Positions 61,001 through 64,000 of a stretch of DNA of 64,000 nucleotides are shown here, one piece after another (within the stretch, counting starts at the first letter, position 1; every line of letters begins with the position of its first letter). The stretch lies in NCBI GenBank assembly GCA_004431415.1, contig QPMI01000395.1, forward strand, positions 372,001 through 436,000. Direction: 5' to 3'. This DNA comes from Cyanophora paradoxa CCMP329 (Eukaryota; Plantae; Glaucophyta). A program made the translations under genes and the position numbers. The notes under the pieces are model-generated. The model was given only the letters and a program-made list of their open reading frames with translations, made no database searches and was not told where the DNA came from.

Positions 61001-64000
61001 GCGGCCCGCGCGGTCCGCGTGAGCGTCACGACCAGCGCATAGCGGCCGACTTTGACGCTCGTCGGGATCGCGCAGAAGGCCGTCGTGTTGGGCGCCGACT
61101 CGGAGCGCGTCGCGGGGATCACGAAGGAGGCGCCCGAGGCGGGCCGCAGGATGCACGCGAAGTTGGAGTCGGAGACCTCCATCTGTCCGAGACGGATAAG
61201 CGGGACCAGAAGTGGATATAAGTCGACATCAATGGACGGCACCCTCGGATCCGACGACGATTGTGTGAAGAAGCCGCCGGTGATGGTGATGGTTGTGCCA
61301 AGCGCCTCGGAAGCGAGCAGAGGGGTGGCCGATGAGATGACCATACGGCAGCTGCTTCCATCGCGATCGCCTCCGCAGCGGCCGCAGGGGTCGAACTGCG
61401 TGCCTCCAATTTTGTCGCTTGGGACGCCGTCGCATCCGGTGCAAGTCGAGTTGTCACCACCTGAGCGGAAAATCGAATGTGAGAAAAACCGCACGATAGT
61501 AGGATCGAAAAAGGGCCTCACCACAAACTCGGCATTCGTCAAGTTTCAAAGTGCCCTGCGCAATCGCGGTCAGGACGATCACCTCAGACGGACAGTACTA
61601 GTATGTTCGGCAGCGAATTTGAACAACGCACGTTGACCGCAAGACTGCAGTCGAGGCAGGTCATTCCAAAGTCAGGGCTCGTCACATCCATGCACTTGCC
61701 GCAGCGGTCCCAGCGGTTCGGCCCGTTGGGGATCCCCTTGCAGTCCGCGCAGGACCGGTTGACGAGCGGGCTGCTCCCGAGCAGGCAGACGCCGCAGGCA
61801 TCCACGATGTAGCCGCTGGCGGCAGGGCACTCCACGCCCGCGATGCCCGCGTCCGACAGGCGTACGGCGGGGGCGAAGCAGCCGACCGATGGCGTCCTCG
61901 CCGAGAACTGGAGCGAGTAGTTCGCGGCGGAACCGACCTCGGTAACGGCTGCTGAACTGATGTTGCCGTACGTCTTCATGGTCGGGTTGCTGGCGGGTGG
62001 GTCAGAAGTGGGCAATTGTTTGCTGCACTCAAAGCCCGAAGGCACGCACTAGGATACGAGGTCGAGAACGACGAACTTGCTGTCCATGCGGTGGAGATAC
62101 GAGAAAATGTTGACCATGAACGAGTACACCGACGGCGACGGGACGCAGAACTGAGGAAATGAAACGTCATCGAAATGAACGAGGGCTAGCCCTGCGCGGC
62201 TGCTGCAGGGCGCACCGGCTCTCCGACGGCCTGGCCGATGGAGATACCCTTCGAGTTCCTGATCACACACGTCTGGTTGATGTTGAGGTCTGTGCTGTTG
62301 AGGCAGAGACCTGCGAAGACACGAGCTTGAGCAAGTACAAGCGCACAAGATCGAGCGCTCGGGGCGCATGAAATGAAACGGACCGCAGAAGTCGGGCACG
62401 AGGCCAGCCGTGCACTCGCTGACGGCGAGGGTAAAGTTGATGGCTTGGGACTCGCGGAACGGGTCGTTGCTCGACAGATTCAGATGCAGTTCCTGGTACT
62501 CAGATGCGCGCCGACTGCTCATCGAAACCGCGTAGGTCGCCGTCTGTCCCGGCGCGACCGTTTGCGTCGTCGTCGCGCCCACGCCGGCGATGACGAGCCA
62601 CGAGGCCCCGTTGTAGGGGTTCTGGCTGGCGGCCGAAAGGCTCCAAGTCAGGTCCCGGTTGCCCTGGTTGGACACCGACAGGACGGTGCTGAAGGACTCC
62701 CCTCGGACAAGGCTCGCGCTGAAGCCGGTGCGCGTCATGGCGAAGACTGGCGTCCGCACGGTGAGTCTGGGCGCTAGCGTGTAGTTGCCACGGAAGCTGT
62801 TGCCGTAGACGACCAGCCCCGCAACGTTCACTCCGACCTTTTCCGGGGCGCCGTTGGCGGAGAACATGAACTCCACCAAGACGGATCCGTTTGCGGTGGG
62901 TGGCAGCGTGCAGCCATGGGTGGTGCAGGCGCCGGTCGAGCCCTGAATCGCGTAGGCCATCCAGGGCGGCCGAGTCGCCGTGTCGAAGGCGAACGTCAGC
63001 TCACCGTCTCCGGTGTTCGAGAATGCGACGGCTTGGCTGTCGACGCCGTCTGGGTAGGGCAGGGCGAGCGTCTGGAGGCGTGGCACGTCCTGCACGGAAA
63101 GGATGCCGCGCTGCACGGTGAAGGTGTAGGTGACCGACAGAGTCACGGGAGTCACGGAGCCGGCAGAGGCGTAAGCGTTCGTCGAAATCTGCACAACGGT
63201 GGAAACGCTGCTGACGCTGCCCGTGTGGATGCTCTGGAGCTCGACGTGGACGCTGTCGGAGGCGCCGGCTGGGACCGAATCGTTGGCCGTCCTGCTCAGC
63301 GAGAGCCACGGCGGGAGGGCGGACGAGAGGCGCCAGGAGAGGACGCCGTCGCCGGCCTCGTTCGAGATCGTGAGCGTGGTTGAATTTGCCGCCGGCCAGA
63401 GCGTGACGAACGACGCCGAGCTGCCTGCCGGCTGCGCAATGGCAGCCGCCGCGCGGAGCACCGTGACGGTGAGGGCGACGCTCGTGTTCACGACGGGACG
63501 CCGGACGAATGTGACCGTCGCATTGCGATTCGTCAAGCCGAACGGCAGCTTTGAGCTTTCCGCCGCGACGAGGAGCGTAACATTTGCATTTACGGCAATC
63601 GCTGGGAAGTCGAGAGCACCGACGCCCACAAAGCCCGTCGGAAGGATGAGGCGGCCGTCGGAAGTGCTGGCGTCACCCACGTTCCTGATCGTGACCTCCA
63701 TGGGCACCGACGTGGCAGGGTACTGGACGGAGCCAAACTGGATCGGCGAGGCGACGGAGGCAACGGGCGTGTAGAAGCGAACGGAGACGTTCACAGAGAA
63801 GGACGTAGAGTCTCCGAGGGTAGCCCTCAGGCTGTTGCCACCTCCGATGGTCGCCACAGGCGGTCCGTCAGAGGTCTGATTGGACTGCAGAGCCGTGACC
63901 CGCACGAGCCGTGTCCCCTGCGGAGCGATCTCCAGAGATGTAATTACAGTACCCGTGACCGGGTCATTCAGGCGGATCCAGGACGGCATCGTAGGCGTCC
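49089..64000 (-). CDS. Giant multi-exon single-pass surface protein: Ig-like (BACON/ASH), Cys repeats, IPT/TIG, filamin-like, REJ, GPS-like, SEA-like, TM; 5' end outside the window
   Basis: Chain of minus-strand ORFs separated by short introns. Motifs: SNQGNRDLTWS; DxCGxC repeats; SITPPSGPVAGGTTV; RD[QR]YGN and GSPFSLVV; PPEGGKVSV...GYELDTYF...PLTYEY; FRRGSV; TM AIAGGVIGAIAAVAVVVGVALLI-RRRRR; stop at 49089. Confidence 0.88.

Noticed and set aside
49110-63774. Plus-strand ORFs opposite the large gene
   Set aside because: Antisense shadows of GC-rich coding sequence.

Overview
Eukaryotic, GC-rich nuclear DNA with short spliceosomal introns, many with GC donors. The style resembles a protist or alga such as a glaucophyte, but the organism is only a guess. 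Positions 1-28 kb are almost all transposon-derived: a degenerate but giant (>3,800 codon) Ty3/Gypsy-type gag-pol with about 1,900 aa of unexplained sequence and no recognisable protease, two related L1/Tx1-like LINE copies, a tRNA-like SINE with a target-site duplication (TSD), Helitron-like 3' ends, a TGT...ACA-ended repeat, minisatellites and an AT-rich foreign-looking island. Positions 28.5-41.5 kb hold three intron-rich host genes (TPR-like, coiled-coil with an RCLSCD motif, putative Ig-fold transcription factor). Positions 41.6-48.2 kb are a nest of MITEs and LINE remnants. Positions 49-64 kb are the 3' part of a very large single-pass surface protein (Ig/IPT/filamin/REJ/GPS-like/SEA-like). 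Comparing repeat copies within the window shows a recurring X-revcomp(X)-X micro-insertion signature. All domain calls are by eye from motifs; no searches were run.
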